NCBI GenBank assembly: GCA_013265495.1
Contig: MU057640.1
Location: 1,869,303-1,933,302, forward strand
Direction of reading: 5' to 3'
DNA length: 64,000 nt
Source of the DNA: Vicugna vicugna
Lineage: Eukaryota
Below the pieces are notes generated by a model. That model ran no database searches. It was not told the origin of the DNA and saw nothing but the letters and a program-made list of their open reading frames with translations. Position numbers and translations under genes: made by a program. Shown piece after piece: positions 14,305 through 28,366 of the stretch. Position 1 is the first letter of the stretch. Every line of letters starts with the position of its first letter.

Positions 14305-16768
14305 ATATACTGGCACAAAAAACAGATACATGGATCAATGGATCAGAACAGAGAGCCCAGAATAAACCCATACACCTATGGTCAATTAATCTTAGACAAA
14401 GAAGGCAAGAACATACAAGGGAGAAAAGACAGTCTCTTCAGTAAGTGGTGTTGGGAAAACTGGACAGCAGCATGTAAATTAAGAAATTAGAACACTCTCT
14501 CACACCATACCCAAAAATAAAATAAATCCAAGAATATATGCATAGCTCATACAATTTAACAGGAAAAAAACAAACAACCCAATCCAAAAATGGGCAGAAG
14601 ACCTAAATAAGCAACTCTCCAATGAAGAATTACAAATGGCCAATAGGTACAAGAAAAAATGCTCAATATCATTAATTATCAGAGAAATTCAAATCAAAAC
14701 TACAATGAGGTATCACCTCACACCAGTCAGAATGGACAACATTCAGAAGTTCAAAACGATAAATGCTGGAGACGGTGGGAATGTAGTTTGGTGTAGCCAT
14801 TATGGAAAAAACAGTATGGAGATTCCTCAAAAGACTAAAAATAGACTTACCATATGATTCAGCAATCCTGCTCCTGGGCATACATCCAGAGGGAACCTTA
14901 ATTCCAAAAGATACATGCACCCCAATGTTCATAGCAGCACTATTTACAATAGCCAAGACATGGAAGCAACCTCAATGTCCATGGACTGATGACTGGATAA
15001 AGAAGATGTGGTATATTTATACAATGGAATACTATTCAGCAATAAAAATAATAAAATAATGTCATTTGCAGCAACATGGATGGACCTGGAGAATGTGACT
15101 CTAAGTGAAGTAAGCCAGAAAGAGAAAGAAAAATACCATATGATATCACTTACATGTGGAATCTAAAACAGAGACAAACAAACTTATTTGCAAAACAGAA
15201 ACAGATTCTCAGACATAAAGAACAAACTTGTGGTTACTAGGGGAGAGGGGATAAATCTGGAGTTAGAGATTTGCAGATACTAACTGATATATATATAGAA
15301 CAGATAAACAACAAGTTCATGCTGTATAGCACAGGGAACTGTATTTGATACCTTGTAGTTACTAATGGTGAAAAAGAATATGAAAACAAATATACGTATG
15401 TTCACGTATGACTGAAGCATTGTGCTGTACACCAGAAATTGACACAACATTGTAAACTGAGTATACTTCAGTAAAAAAATATATATATGCGAAAAAAACC
15501 CTTCAAAATGGCTTAAAGACTTAAACATGACATAAGACATCATAAACCTCTCAGAAGAGAACATAGGCAACACATTCGCTGATATAAACTGTAGCACTGT
15601 TTTCCTAGGGCAGTCCACACAGGCAAGAAAAATAAAAGCAAAAATAAACAAATGGGACCTAATTAAACTTATAAGCTTTTGCACAGCAAAGGAAACCATA
15701 AGCAAAACAAAAAGACAACCTATGGATTGGGAAAAAACATTTGCAAACAATGCGACTGACAAGGGCTTAATTTCCAAAATATACAAACAGCTCATATAAC
15801 TCAATAACAAAAAACCAACCCAATTCAAAAATGGGCAGAAGACCTAAACAGACATTTCTCCAAAGAAGACATTCAGATGGCCAACAGGCACGTGAAAAAA
15901 TGCTCACTATCACTAACTATTAGAGAAATGCAAATCAAAACTACTATGAGGTATCACCTCACACCAGTCAGAATGGCCATCATTAAAAAGTCCACGAACA
16001 ATAAATGCTGGAGAAGATGCAGAGAAAAGAGAACCTTCCTACACTATTGGTGGGAATGTCATTTGGTGTAGCCATTACGGAAAACAGTATGCAGATTCCT
16101 CAAAAAAACTAAAAATAGACTTACCATGTGATCCAGCAATCCCACTTAGGGCATATGTCTGGAGAAACTCTAATTCCAAAAGATTCATGCACCCCAATGT
16201 TCATAGCAGCACTATTTACAATAGCTAAGATATGGAGGCAACCTAAATGTCCATGGGTAGATGACTGGATAAAGAAGTTGTGGTATATATATATATATAT
16301 ATATACATACACACACATACACACACACACAATGGAATACTAATCAGTGATAAAAAAGACTAAAACAATGCCATGTGCAGCAGCATGGATGAACCTGGAG
16401 ATCATCATACTAAGTGAAGTAAGCCAAAAAGAGAAAGAAAAATATCATATGATATCACTTATACGTGGAATCTTAAAAAAACAAAACAAAACAAAACAAA
16501 GACAGATTCTCAGACATAGAAAACAAACTTGTGGTTACCAGGGGAGAAAGAGGGTGGGGAGGGATAAATTGGGAGTTCAGGATTTGTAGATACTAATGAC
16601 TACATATAAAATAGATAAACAACAAGGTTCTACTGTATAGCATAGGAAACTATATTCAATACCTTGTAATGGCCTATAACGAAAAGGAACACATCTATAT
16701 AAATAAATCACTATGCTGTACACCAGAAATTAACACATTGTAAATTGATTATACTTCAGATAAAAAAG
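14305..16768 (+). mobile_element. L1 3' portion (about 14305-14520 plus 15495-16768) split by a second nested L1 3' fragment (about 14521-15490)
   Basis: ORF track gives ORF2 C-terminal peptides twice ([34 protein letters not shown]). Two 3' UTR and A-tail ends are present. Frames are broken. Confidence 0.93.
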
Positions 16769-18922
16769 TAGTATAAACATGGTATACACTCCCACATGTA
16801 AAAACTTCACATTTAAAATTTTCAATTCAAGAAACTAAATTTGGAAGGAAGCAATCCTTTGTACTCTACACTTTCATGGAATGTCATGGCTAACTTTAAC
16901 ATATTTGAGTATACAGTACCCAAATTCATTCACACAAAATTATCTTACTTCTGTTAATTAACATCACATAGATAATTAAACTATGCAACAAAAATATTCT
17001 AGTGGGCTATATTATAAAAATTAGTGTCTCTACCAATTCCTCCAAGTTCAGCTGTAGTTCATTTTTAGAATCTTCTGTGGCCAACCCTACATGCCATGAA
17101 ACAAATAGATACACACCATCCACTGATTGTGTGTCTTGTGCTAATTATTATTAAGCATTCAATTTGGCAGCTTTCAACTACCACATGGCCAAGAACAAAC
17201 TATTAGAAGGCAGTTAACACAAAAAATAAAATCCAAATGTCAAGAGAATATCCTGAATATTCACCAGTAGATGCTAAAGTCACCTCTAATCAGAAGAGGC
17301 TTTTTATCCTCAGAACTATTGAGATAGTTGACATGTATATTAGTCTCAATAATTTGCATGTGGCTTCAGGACAGAACTTTATAATTAAATCTTGCTTAGC
17401 AAGTTTTTGAGCAAATTAAGAATCTTTACACAGGAAAATCACCTACTGTTTCAATTTATTCTTGATTTCACTTAAGTTTAAAAATCCAAAATGGATCAAA
17501 ACTAAGCCTTTTATTTTAGCTAATCTACTACCATACCATCAATGGACAATGGTGACAGTGACTGTAATTTACATTCACAAATTGACAAGTCCTCTGTTCA
17601 CAGGAACTTTGGGTTAACCTAAGAGAAATGTCAGTAACAAGATACTATTTACTGAATATATTTGCAACTAAAAAAGTAACACTATTTTCAGTCAAAGCAA
17701 GTAACTAAATTGAAGTCTACCTCACGCTCTCAAACACCTTCTTTATAGACTCTCTTGCCTCTTCAAATTACAAACTCAAAAGCATTTTAAAATTAAACTG
17801 CTTTATTGACTTCTCACTTTATTTATAAATCACCATACATTCTAATGTATAAATATATCTGATGACCATTTTCAACTTTCTATAAGATTTGCTAAAGATG
17901 ATTATTTTCATCAATATGCGTATCTAATACTTATTAATTCTCTCTATAGCTGAAGAGTTTTACAAAATGAGAAAAGGGTCAACAAATAAATAGTGTATGA
18001 AATTTTATTATGCCTAATTTGGGCATCCTATATCATATATCCTTCTAGTCGAAGCATCAACTGGATTATCCTCTTTATAAATGAAAGACAGTTATAACAT
18101 GGATAAACAAGATCATAGTAAGCAAATACAGTATTTTCAAGTGTGTATTTTTGAATAAAAAGATCTCCTTATTATATTTACTTAAATTACTATTAACCTG
18201 CATTCTGAGCACAAGAAAGTTGATCTGTACAGAGAAACAGAAACCAAAGTAGTATGAAATCCTGTCTCTTTAAGGCGCAAAATTGATAATCAAGTGGATA
18301 TGCATCACTGAGGTTTTATATTATACCACCCCTCTGAAAATTAACTACTTAATAACTTTATATTTATAGATGTATTAACAGGAAAAAGAAAAAACTTTAT
18401 AAAATCATTTTTGTTATTAATATAGAGCCCTGATGTCCTCAGAGTACTGCGTTTAGAATTATAGTAAGTCCTACTTCAGATGATAGATATTGAAGTAGCA
18501 TACAGAATACCTAAAAGAAAGATTATACAGTAACACACCATTAGAAAGTATTTTTGCCTTTCCTGCAGCACATTCAGATAATTCAAAGGAATTACGTTTT
18601 AATCAAAATAATTTAATAATAATAATAATAATATTTTTAAAACTCAACATTTCACCACATGTTACAAATGCCAAGAAATAATAGAAATGTCCAAATCAGT
18701 ACAAAAGAACACTAAAGCATGAACATTTATTAGTGCTTTTAACTACCTACTAATAACAGACACGCTCAAAAGAAAATGTAGAGAAAAAAACTGAAACAGA
18801 AAAGGGACAAGCAAAAATCAGATTTTCCTCACACAGGGCAAATCCTATAAAAAGTGTTCTTATGCATAGTTTCTATCTCAGGAAAGAACCGCAATCATTG
18901 TTACCCGTTATCTGTTACATCA

Positions 18923-19225
<303 letters not shown>

Positions 19226-20411
19226 CTAATTTCAAAAAAATAAAACCGCTTTCAATGTAAGAAAGAGCTAATGAACTGCAAAATATGCAGATTATACTGC
19301 TGGCTTAAAAATTCTGGTCCTTAGAAATCTGATTCATGGTAATGAATATAGAAAAAAGTTTAATGTGTATGTAAATTAACCAATCTGTGCCATCTTTCCA
19401 CCTCAAGTCAACAAAGATCTAGCATAAGGAAAAAGAAGGCAGCAAAGAAGAATTTCAAATACGTTAAATATATGTAGGTTGTAGCTGGTCTCCCACAGAT
19501 AAAACCTATTCTTCAGTTCAATATATACTTTTATTTATAACCTTGATATAATTATTCTAGAACTGTTCTCCAAAGTAAAACAAAATTTCTATGCACTTGA
19601 AAACCAAAGAATCTTCATCAAATGCAACCAATTTTGCATTTGACAATTTTGAATCAAAAGAAAATTACAAACTAGTGAAAACCAGAATAAAAAGCACTGA
19701 CTCAATCAAGTGAAATGAAAATGACTGCTGAGATGCTGGAAGAAGCATAATGAACATAGAATGTGTTTTTTCTATGAGAAGACTACGTATTTCTGAAATA
19801 ATGCCACAGGCTTTATATACAAGGTTACTTAACAACAATTATGTTCCCTTAATGAATTTTGTTATTATCCTTTCCAATTCATATCAAGGTTTTATTACAA
19901 CCCATCATTTTAGAAAACCTTAAAAATAACCTGGAAACTAGTAATTTCTCAAGGCATATTACAATCTTTTCTAAACTTTATAAAAAATTTTAAAATACTC
20001 AGTATTTTGTAATTATAAATTTATTATTAAATTTATAAAAATTATCTAAATTATGCAAAATTAAGAAAGCATATTATATTCTTATTTTATATTTTTATAT
20101 TTTTATTTTAAAACTATGAATTTTAATTTTCTTAGTTTAATACTCAAATTTAAACTAATGAAAACACTTTGAGTATAATTATTACATGTCATTCTCTACA
20201 TGATGTTCAACACAACTCTGCATTTTTACTAAAATTATCAGATCTTTTAGGAATTAAAAGAATGCTACTTAGAATAGCCTTATTCCGTAACTTTATCATT
20301 TTCTTGAGTATCAACTTGTCTCTAATCCTCTGAATTTAATGCAGTGGTTTCTCGGACATCTACAAAACAACAAATCATTCTGCTGCAGGCTGTGAAGAGA
20401 TAGCTGAAGTA

Positions 20412-20627
20412 CAGCTGACCCTTGAACAACGCCAAGGGTTAGGGCGCCAACCCTCTCCAGAGTCAAAAATCCAGGTATAATTTATCAGGCCCCTCCTTAT
20501 CCACAGTTCAACATCCAAAGATTCAACCAACCACAGATCATGTCACTCTGTAGTATTTTTTACTGAAAGAAGTAGGTAAATAACTGAATCAATGCAGTTC
20601 AGACCTGTGTTGTTCAAGGATCAACAG
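20412..20627. mobile_element. Complete non-autonomous Tigger MITE (MER8-like)
   Basis: Terminal inverted repeats cagctgacccttgaacaac / gttgttcaaggatcaacag, flanked by TA on both sides. Confidence 0.88.
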
Positions 20628-20711
20628 TAACCATAAAATAAAAGACTAAGTAGAAAAAACTACATACGTTGCTTAACCCTGTGGTTACGGCAACAGAATA
20701 CACTCTGGAAC

Positions 20712-20935
20712 TATGGTGTCTAACACATTAGGCACATGTGACTAAAAAACTAAAATTTTAGTTCTTCAGTCATGCTAACCATATTTCAGTGCTCAAAAGC
20801 CACGTAACATAGCTGGTGGCGACCATGGCTACCACAGCCACCAGAGTGAGCAGAAGCTAGTAGTCAGTCAGTGTCTATCATGCTGCACAGAGCAGATGAC
20901 AAAATATTTCCACCACAGAAAGGCCTATTAATTAC
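20712..20935. mobile_element. MER3/MER33-like hAT-Charlie fragment
   Basis: cacatgtgact...aaattttagttcttcagtc..catatttcagtgctcaaaagccacgt. Confidence 0.6.
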
Positions 20936-23900
20936 CACTACCTACATTTTTCAGGCTTCTTTTAGAGCCAGTGAAAACTATATACTTTAAGCAGAGCACA
21001 AAAGTGTATGCAACATATGAAAAAATCAAGTCTGTAAAAATGCTGACCTGTCAATGCTTACCAGCACTAATTTTTAAAGTCATAGCTATAAAAGTAATCA
21101 TTTAATAACTTCTTTGGAGTAGAACCTTTGTACAATAGAACTGAATCAAGAGATGATCTTAGGATAAACTCATATATGTTTGTATAAAACAGACTTATCA
21201 TCTGTAACTCTTCCTCAGAAACTATCTAAACTTGTCCATAACCTTATCAAAATTTCACAAGGGAGAAAATTTGGAGTAGCTCAAGTACCCTGTCACTTCA
21301 GATTCAGAAGACACAATTTTATAATATATACTCAATACATTTTCCATCTATTTTTTCAATTAAAGTCATAAACAAAGGTGCTATCTAGTAGTTGGATGTA
21401 TTTTAATGTGCATGTATTCAAGAATACACTAATCTTCAACATATCCAAATATATAACAGATTTTCAAAATATTAGGCAATACATGAAAATCAACTCCAGA
21501 ATAAAGAAACAAAGAAAATTAGACAAAATCTATGAAGTTGTAAATGTCAAGAATTTGAACATCAAAAGCTAGACATAAAATATTTATGTCCCCTGAATTC
21601 AAATTTTCAAAACTCCTTCAACAAGGAAAAAGCCTATTATGTTTGCAGAAATTGCTAAGAAAATATTCCTGGAGGGCTGTCCTTCACTTTAACTAATAAT
21701 TGACAAGAATTAATCTTTTTCATAGTACCAATTACATATCAAAACTACCAGTTTCAGAAAAGGCAGCAACTATTTCACAACACAGCAGAAGGTAGATATT
21801 TAAGTCTCTAACTATCAGTTCTCAATAACATCACTGACATGCAATCTTATTAATTAGATAGCTTTTTCAGTTTAAACAATAGGAAAATATAGTTGGTCAT
21901 GGGTCTTTCCTTCCTCTGTATCACTTACTTAGTATTTGACATGTTCTGCCTTATACTGTTAGTCATCTTTGTATCTTCCCAACTAAAAAATAAACTCTAA
22001 GAGTATGATCACATTATTGCTATGAATCTTCAGATCCTGAGGAACATCTTGAACACAACACCAAACAGCAATTATTTGGTGGATTCATTCCTGAGCACCA
22101 CAAAATGGCCCCTATGAATTCCCAATCATGGACTCAGTCATTACTATGACCTTATTTGCTTATAGATCTTTCAATCTCACATTAAAAAAAAAAAATCTAA
22201 GTAAAGTTTTTTTCCCTTCTCCCAAATGCACTGATGGGTTATACTCATTCTAGTCCATTAACTGGAGTTCTGAAAGGTATCATATTTAGGTTGATAAATA
22301 TAGAACTCTTAATAGTATAAACATTTTAAATACTCATCTTTGTTTTTATCTCTAGTAACTGGAAGAACTAACAAGGGCCTATAAGGCTAACATAACATTA
22401 AAAAAAAATAACTTTAAAAATAATTCTGAAATAAGATATCCTAACAAGCATAAAAAATACATGCAAATTCTCTTTGAGAGGAAATTGATAATTCACTCCC
22501 AATCCTTAGAGACACACATTTTACCAAGTTGCTTTTTAGACTGTCGATTACTTATACTATTCATTAAAGTTTAAAATAAGCTAATAGATTTAATTGATAT
22601 TTATAGAGTAAGTATAATTGAAGTATTATCATATCTGTTCCATTTTTTTTGACAAACAAGTTTTTCAAGTTTTGCATGACCATGCTACATTTGTCTAAAG
22701 ATGAGATTATCATTACATAATTCACACTGAAAATTAATACCACTATAATTTATCTGAATATTTTTGCAATTAAAAAGGATGATTTTATTAAATTGGTGTT
22801 TCCCCTAATTCCTCACGGCTAAATTTTATCTTATTTCATCCATAATGAGATTAATCTACTTAAGATACATGCAATCTTTGTACTGGAAGTATCATGGAAC
22901 CCTAACAAAATCTACATGTTGACTACTGGAAGAGCACTTTCTAAAAATCCTAATGTGAGCCATTTACAAATAAGTTTCATGCCATATCCTCATTTGAATC
23001 GTGATATATTTAAAACCTTAGAAGAACATAGATAAATCCTATGTGGTTGACTGGAGTTAGAATACAGTTCTTTAATATTCCACCAGGCAGAGAAGAGGGA
23101 AGAAAATTGTCTACATTTGTTTGGTGAGTAAGATCCAGAGAGTGAAAGGATTTAAGACTAAAAAGAGATTTTAAAAAAAGAATTAAGTATCAACATGGAG
23201 TGAGAAGGTAAGCAGAGAAAATGTCTATGGCAAGTATTATTCAAAAGGAAAAAGAAGGGGTTAGAAAACACAAAATACATCAAGTAAAATGAAATACTGA
23301 ACTCTTTCTGCAGGTTGGGACTACAACCCAAGTCCATCACACAAAAAATGTTAGTTCAGGGAGCAAAGGAAATAAAAGAGGAGGGCTCACAGAAAGCAAA
23401 AGTGCTCAGAAAAAGCTTCCAGACCAAATGTTTCTTTTCATCAGTTGTACTCCCATTTTTATATTTTAAACAGTGGTTTAACTAATCCATATTCCATTTT
23501 ATAAATTATGTATTACGGCAGGATTAATTAGGAACATGACCTATGAAAGATAAAGTTCCTGACTGTAATGTAAAGCCTAGAAGAATAATCAAGACTTAAA
23601 TCCCAGGAATATAGAATAAAGCAGTATTTTAAAGGAACAAGGATTTTGCTACTCTCCTGAGTAAGATTTTAACAGAGGAGGGATTTCTCTCTTCCAACCT
23701 TCCATGCGTTCAACATCAGTTACTTCACCAAATGTTCTCCCTTTTGAATTTCAAATTAAAATTTAGGAAAATAATGTGGGTAATGGTGTTTTGGGACAGA
23801 GATTAATAAAAGTATATGGTATAACAATATATGCACTGCTTAAGCAAGTACATGTATTTTTGTCCATATTTATATTCTTAAAGCACAAGACTTTTGAATA

Positions 23901-24636
23901 GGTTTTTAATTGAAGTCATAGACTCTTAAGATTTAACACAATTGAGAATAAAAAAGTTACTAAAATTTCGATAAAAACTTTATCGAATTATAAATAGATC
24001 CTTTTTTAATTAGGAATATTGGAAAAAATTTAAAGTTTTTGTTCAGTATATTATAGAGGTTGAGAAATTCAACACAAATGTACACACAAGTACACACACA
24101 CACACCCCCAATTAACCATAGTTTACCAAAAATTAAATATTCTAGTGCCCTGTCATTTACTAGGTCCTGGCAATTCATATTCAAGCAATTCAAAATATAT
24201 CACATTTTAGTGAAATAAAGTAATCAAACTGGTTCATCAAGCTAAGGTCAGTTATCTGTTCCTCCTCAATGAGCTCACCCATCAGTCCGTATTTGTTCAC
24301 ACTGAGCACTGTTCAAGATGCTGGGGAACAATGCTGCATTAATACTATTAATCTGGAGTAGGAAAAAAAATGAAGAGCTGACTTAAGGCCTCTACATTTT
24401 TATAACTGCTCTAAAGTGATTTTTCTGATTTAAAACTGGCTAAACCAACCAGATCATTTGTTTAAATAATGCAACGTAAGACATGCATAGTGCAATAGGC
24501 TCATGGTCACATGCAGAGAAAGCCTAAACAGCTTACAGGTATAGGAGAGAAACTGGAAGGAAAAAAACAAAGCTATTTAATAAACACTTTCTTGCAAGTG
24601 ACAGAACAGGTTAGAAGGTCTGTTACATGCATGCTA

Positions 24637-24813
<177 letters not shown>

Positions 24814-26176
24814 TTAGGTCAAATAGGAGCCTAGGTCAGAGATGTTAATAGCAGCTGAGCCTGTCTCTCCCTTGACTTCCCACCCTCAAAGGTAAAGCAA
24901 ACCTGACTAAGCCCAAAGGTTTTCATATTTTCACTGTTTATCATATCAGGGAATCTGCATACCTTTTTTATTAAAGATAATTGTTTCTTAAAAAATAATG
25001 TTTCTGATCTATTATCTGGCCTCACCATCTTCTCTTCAACTTCAAATTTCTATTTTAAATCTGCTGTTTTAAATCTTAAAGTCTCATTTATTTAGTCCCA
25101 TATTCCTTCAGTAGCCCTTTAATTAAGTCAGCCTTGTAAGTATAGTATGTATTTGTTAGTTCTGACTAAAGAGAAAATGGCATTAGTTTCTTACTTTCAT
25201 GAAGACAGCAAAAGCAGCAGTGGTAGTACCTCGCTTGTGACAACAAGGACTAGGCAGGAAGTTTATCTCATGCCACCCTGTGCCACAATTTTGGCAGCAT
25301 AAATGAAACCAATGACTGCTAGGTTACACAACTAAATTTTTAAACATTCAATTCAAGATACCATGAATATATATTAACTGTAGAGTACTTTGCTGCCATC
25401 AAACTTTTTGCCCCTGCACTGGCCCCTCTACTTTAGGAAGCATAAATCAGCAAAATGGCAAGTTCAGACACCCATAGCTTAATAAAACAAATACACACTA
25501 AAACCAAATATATAACAATGAGAAAATCACAATCAAGGCTTAATAAAATTACATAAAATTTTACAAAACCATACCAATTGACTGATTTAGGTTTCTAAAA
25601 CAAAATGCAGATTGATGTTTATTCATTTGAATCTAAAACAATTGTTTCTTACGGTGATTTAAATATTTTAAGAACCATTTTGATTTTAAGAAAGGGTATT
25701 TTGATACTACACATGAATAAAGGCAAAACAACTTAGTTCAGAAAGCCTTTTTTCCCAAAAAAATGAAAACTGTTTTCTTTTAGCAAGTATGAAATGGATC
25801 ACAAAATCAAGAATGTTGTATTTCGATTTCAGTTCTATTACAAGCTGTCTTGACTTTAAAAGCGTTACTAATTCTCATTATATTGCTTAGCAACAGCCAT
25901 TTCTATCAATTTAAGTGTTGACTTTAATAAACTATAGTTCTAAATGTTAACATTTTTATCCCCTCCCCAGGCTGTCCCAGTAAGTATTCTTTGTGTAATT
26001 AAACCATTATAATTAGAAACATACAGATTACCCCCAGAAGGTATGGGCTTCTCTGTCTTTAGGCATTGTTTTCTTTTATTAAAGGGATGACAAGTACAAA
26101 ATTATTTCATCCACTTAGAAAGCTTCTGACAGTAAGAAGTGTAAGTCACAAATCAGAGGACAGCAATTTACATTAC

Positions 26177-26212
26177 CTCTAGCCTTTTCAGCTCCCCCAC
26201 TACAGTGAGATT
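26177..26212 (-). CDS. Candidate 36-nt cassette exon in intron 6: ESHCSGGAEKAR
   Basis: tgtctaactttag|AATCTC...GCTAGAG|gtaatg. Symmetric phase 1, open frame, strong donor. Confidence 0.4.
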
Positions 26213-26436
26213 CTAAAGTTAGACAATTAAATCAGAATTGGGCTTTGCGGCTTGGAATCCAAATCAAACATGACTCCTGGAACTGCTGTTTTTCTTTCTC
26301 CAGTTTTACTGAGATTTAATAAAAATTCCATTAAATGTGAAAAGGCTGTTACTTGTGATGTAAAAGCTATATATACAAAAATTTTATATGACCGATAAGA
26401 ACAAATAACGTTGATTAAATCTCGTTATTTTGAACT

Positions 26437-26635
26437 CAGTGTCCAATATGGTAGCCACTAGCCATATGCGGCTATTTACACCCAAATTAATTAAAAGTAA
26501 ATAAATTTAAAGTTCAGTTTATCAGATTCATGAACCACATTTCAAGCTCTCAACAGCTACATGTGGCGAGTGGCTCCCATTACCAAACAGTACAGATACA
26601 GAATATCATCACAGAAAGTTGTATTGGTCAGTGTT
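26437..26635. mobile_element. MER3-like hAT-Charlie element
   Basis: gtccaatatggtagccactagccatatgcggcta...acagaaagttgtattggtcagtgttg. Confidence 0.8.
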
Positions 26636-28215
26636 GACCCAGAAAGTCAAGGATGCCTTTTTGTCACCACAATCTACAAAGCATACTGCGTGCTCTGCCT
26701 ATTCCTGACAACCAAGACCTCAATAAAGGAAACAGCAACGAGCACTGTCACAAAGAAGAGAACATATAATATTGGCAGAGCAGTCACTGATGAAGGATAA
26801 AACAATGCAATGAAGACAAGCCACTTGAAAGAAATGAAAAATTAGATGAGTGATTTGTATACCTGTTAACAATTCTTAGACATCAGTAAGGTTAATTTGG
26901 GTTATGAAATTTTAAATCACTATTTTAAATCTCAATTCAAGACTTATTTTTTGAAATTATGTTGAAGATTCATATTCTATTGTAATAAATTACTGCTCAA
27001 TTTACAGATCAATTTACTTCATTAAGAAACTTTCAAACATTCTCTCTAGTTTTAGATATTTTGTTTCAACCAAAATAAAAGAGTAAGATTTACCCAGATA
27101 TAATTTACAGAAAATAATTTAATCCATAAATGTACTAAAATTATTCAAAAGGATTTAGAAAAAAGCAATATAAGACACTGGAATGCTGAGAATAGGGAGA
27201 AAGGAAACAGGAAATGATTTTCTTTACTATCTCCTTTCTACTGAAGACTTAATAGGGCTAATTTTAAATAAAAGCTAGTTATTCCATAGTACTGGTATGA
27301 AAAGACAAACTAGTGTCCATTTACAGTCACAATGTTCTTTGGCTTCTTCAGAAAACATATTTCTTTTTGCTAGTAACACATCATTTTATATTTTGTCATC
27401 TGCAAAATAACTATTAACACTATTTTCTTAATAATAGTTTAAGAAACACGTCAAGATGAAAGTTTAGACATCCATTGAACAATGTATTAAAATGGAGTTA
27501 TAATTACTGCCTGTGTTACAAATATCTAATGATAAAAGAATATTCAGTGTTTACTAAAGCCATTACTTCAACAGTAGCTAGGATCACACATTTGACTGAA
27601 ACACTATGCTATAATTTATGGTCAAAACAAGACTAAACCGTGCCTCCCTGGCAAAGTGAAACTTATACAGAACATCTCCACTTGGAACAGGTTCCAGTGG
27701 GGGTCCAGTTCAAAGAGAAAAAGTGTCTTTAAAGCTTAAAATAATTTGCTGTAAGCATATTTAGTCACAAGTTATAGCCTTACTTGATGAAAATTCACTT
27801 CTACAATACAACTGCAAAACAAATATTTTAATCCTTTATAAGAGAAAGAAAACAACAAAATCTTTTAACTAGGAAGCCAGAGAAGAGAGAAAAAACACGT
27901 TTTAAAACCTGGTTTTGAAGTTGACATTTTGACATTGCTTAAAACTCAGTATCCCCTGGCAAAGAATGAAATTAGCTAGTACAACAAGAGTATAAAATGC
28001 AAGTAGTAAAAATTTAGCACTCTAGGTACAACTAAATTTTATGCACGTGTAGGTAAAAGAAAAAAATCACAAACATTCAAGCGATAAAAATTATGAAAGA
28101 CATAACTTTCAAGGGCAGATAATTAGACAAATGTGAGCTTTTTAATAATTTTTTTAGATTATAAGAGTCTTGATTTTCTAATCATTTCTTTGTGTTAAAA
28201 AAAAAAAACTTCAAG

Positions 28216-28366
28216 GCGGGGGAGGGTACAGCTCAAGTGGTAGAGCACATGCTTAGTGTACACAAGGTCCTAGGTTCAATCCCCAGTATCTGCTCTAAAA
28301 ATAAGTAAGTAAACCTAATTACCTCCCACCCCAAAACAAAACAAAACAAAAATTAAAAAAAAAAAC
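28216..28366 (+). mobile_element. tRNA-derived camelid-type SINE (Vic-1-like), full length
   Basis: A box agctcaagtggtag, B box ggttcaatccc, A-rich tail. TSD aaaacttcaag at 28205-28215 and 28367-28377. Confidence 0.9.

Noticed and set aside
14263..16589. Cluster of ORFs including a 182-aa minus-strand ORF
   Set aside because: Broken L1 ORF2 fragments and their antisense frames.
17580..17640. Good acceptor ctgacatttctcttag|G in intron 8
   Set aside because: Immediate in-frame TAA and no convincing donor.
28216..28290. tRNA-like sequences with A and B boxes (also at 52980-53089 and 61203-61273)
   Set aside because: A-rich tails, TSDs, truncation and divergence between copies show they are SINE heads, not tRNA genes.
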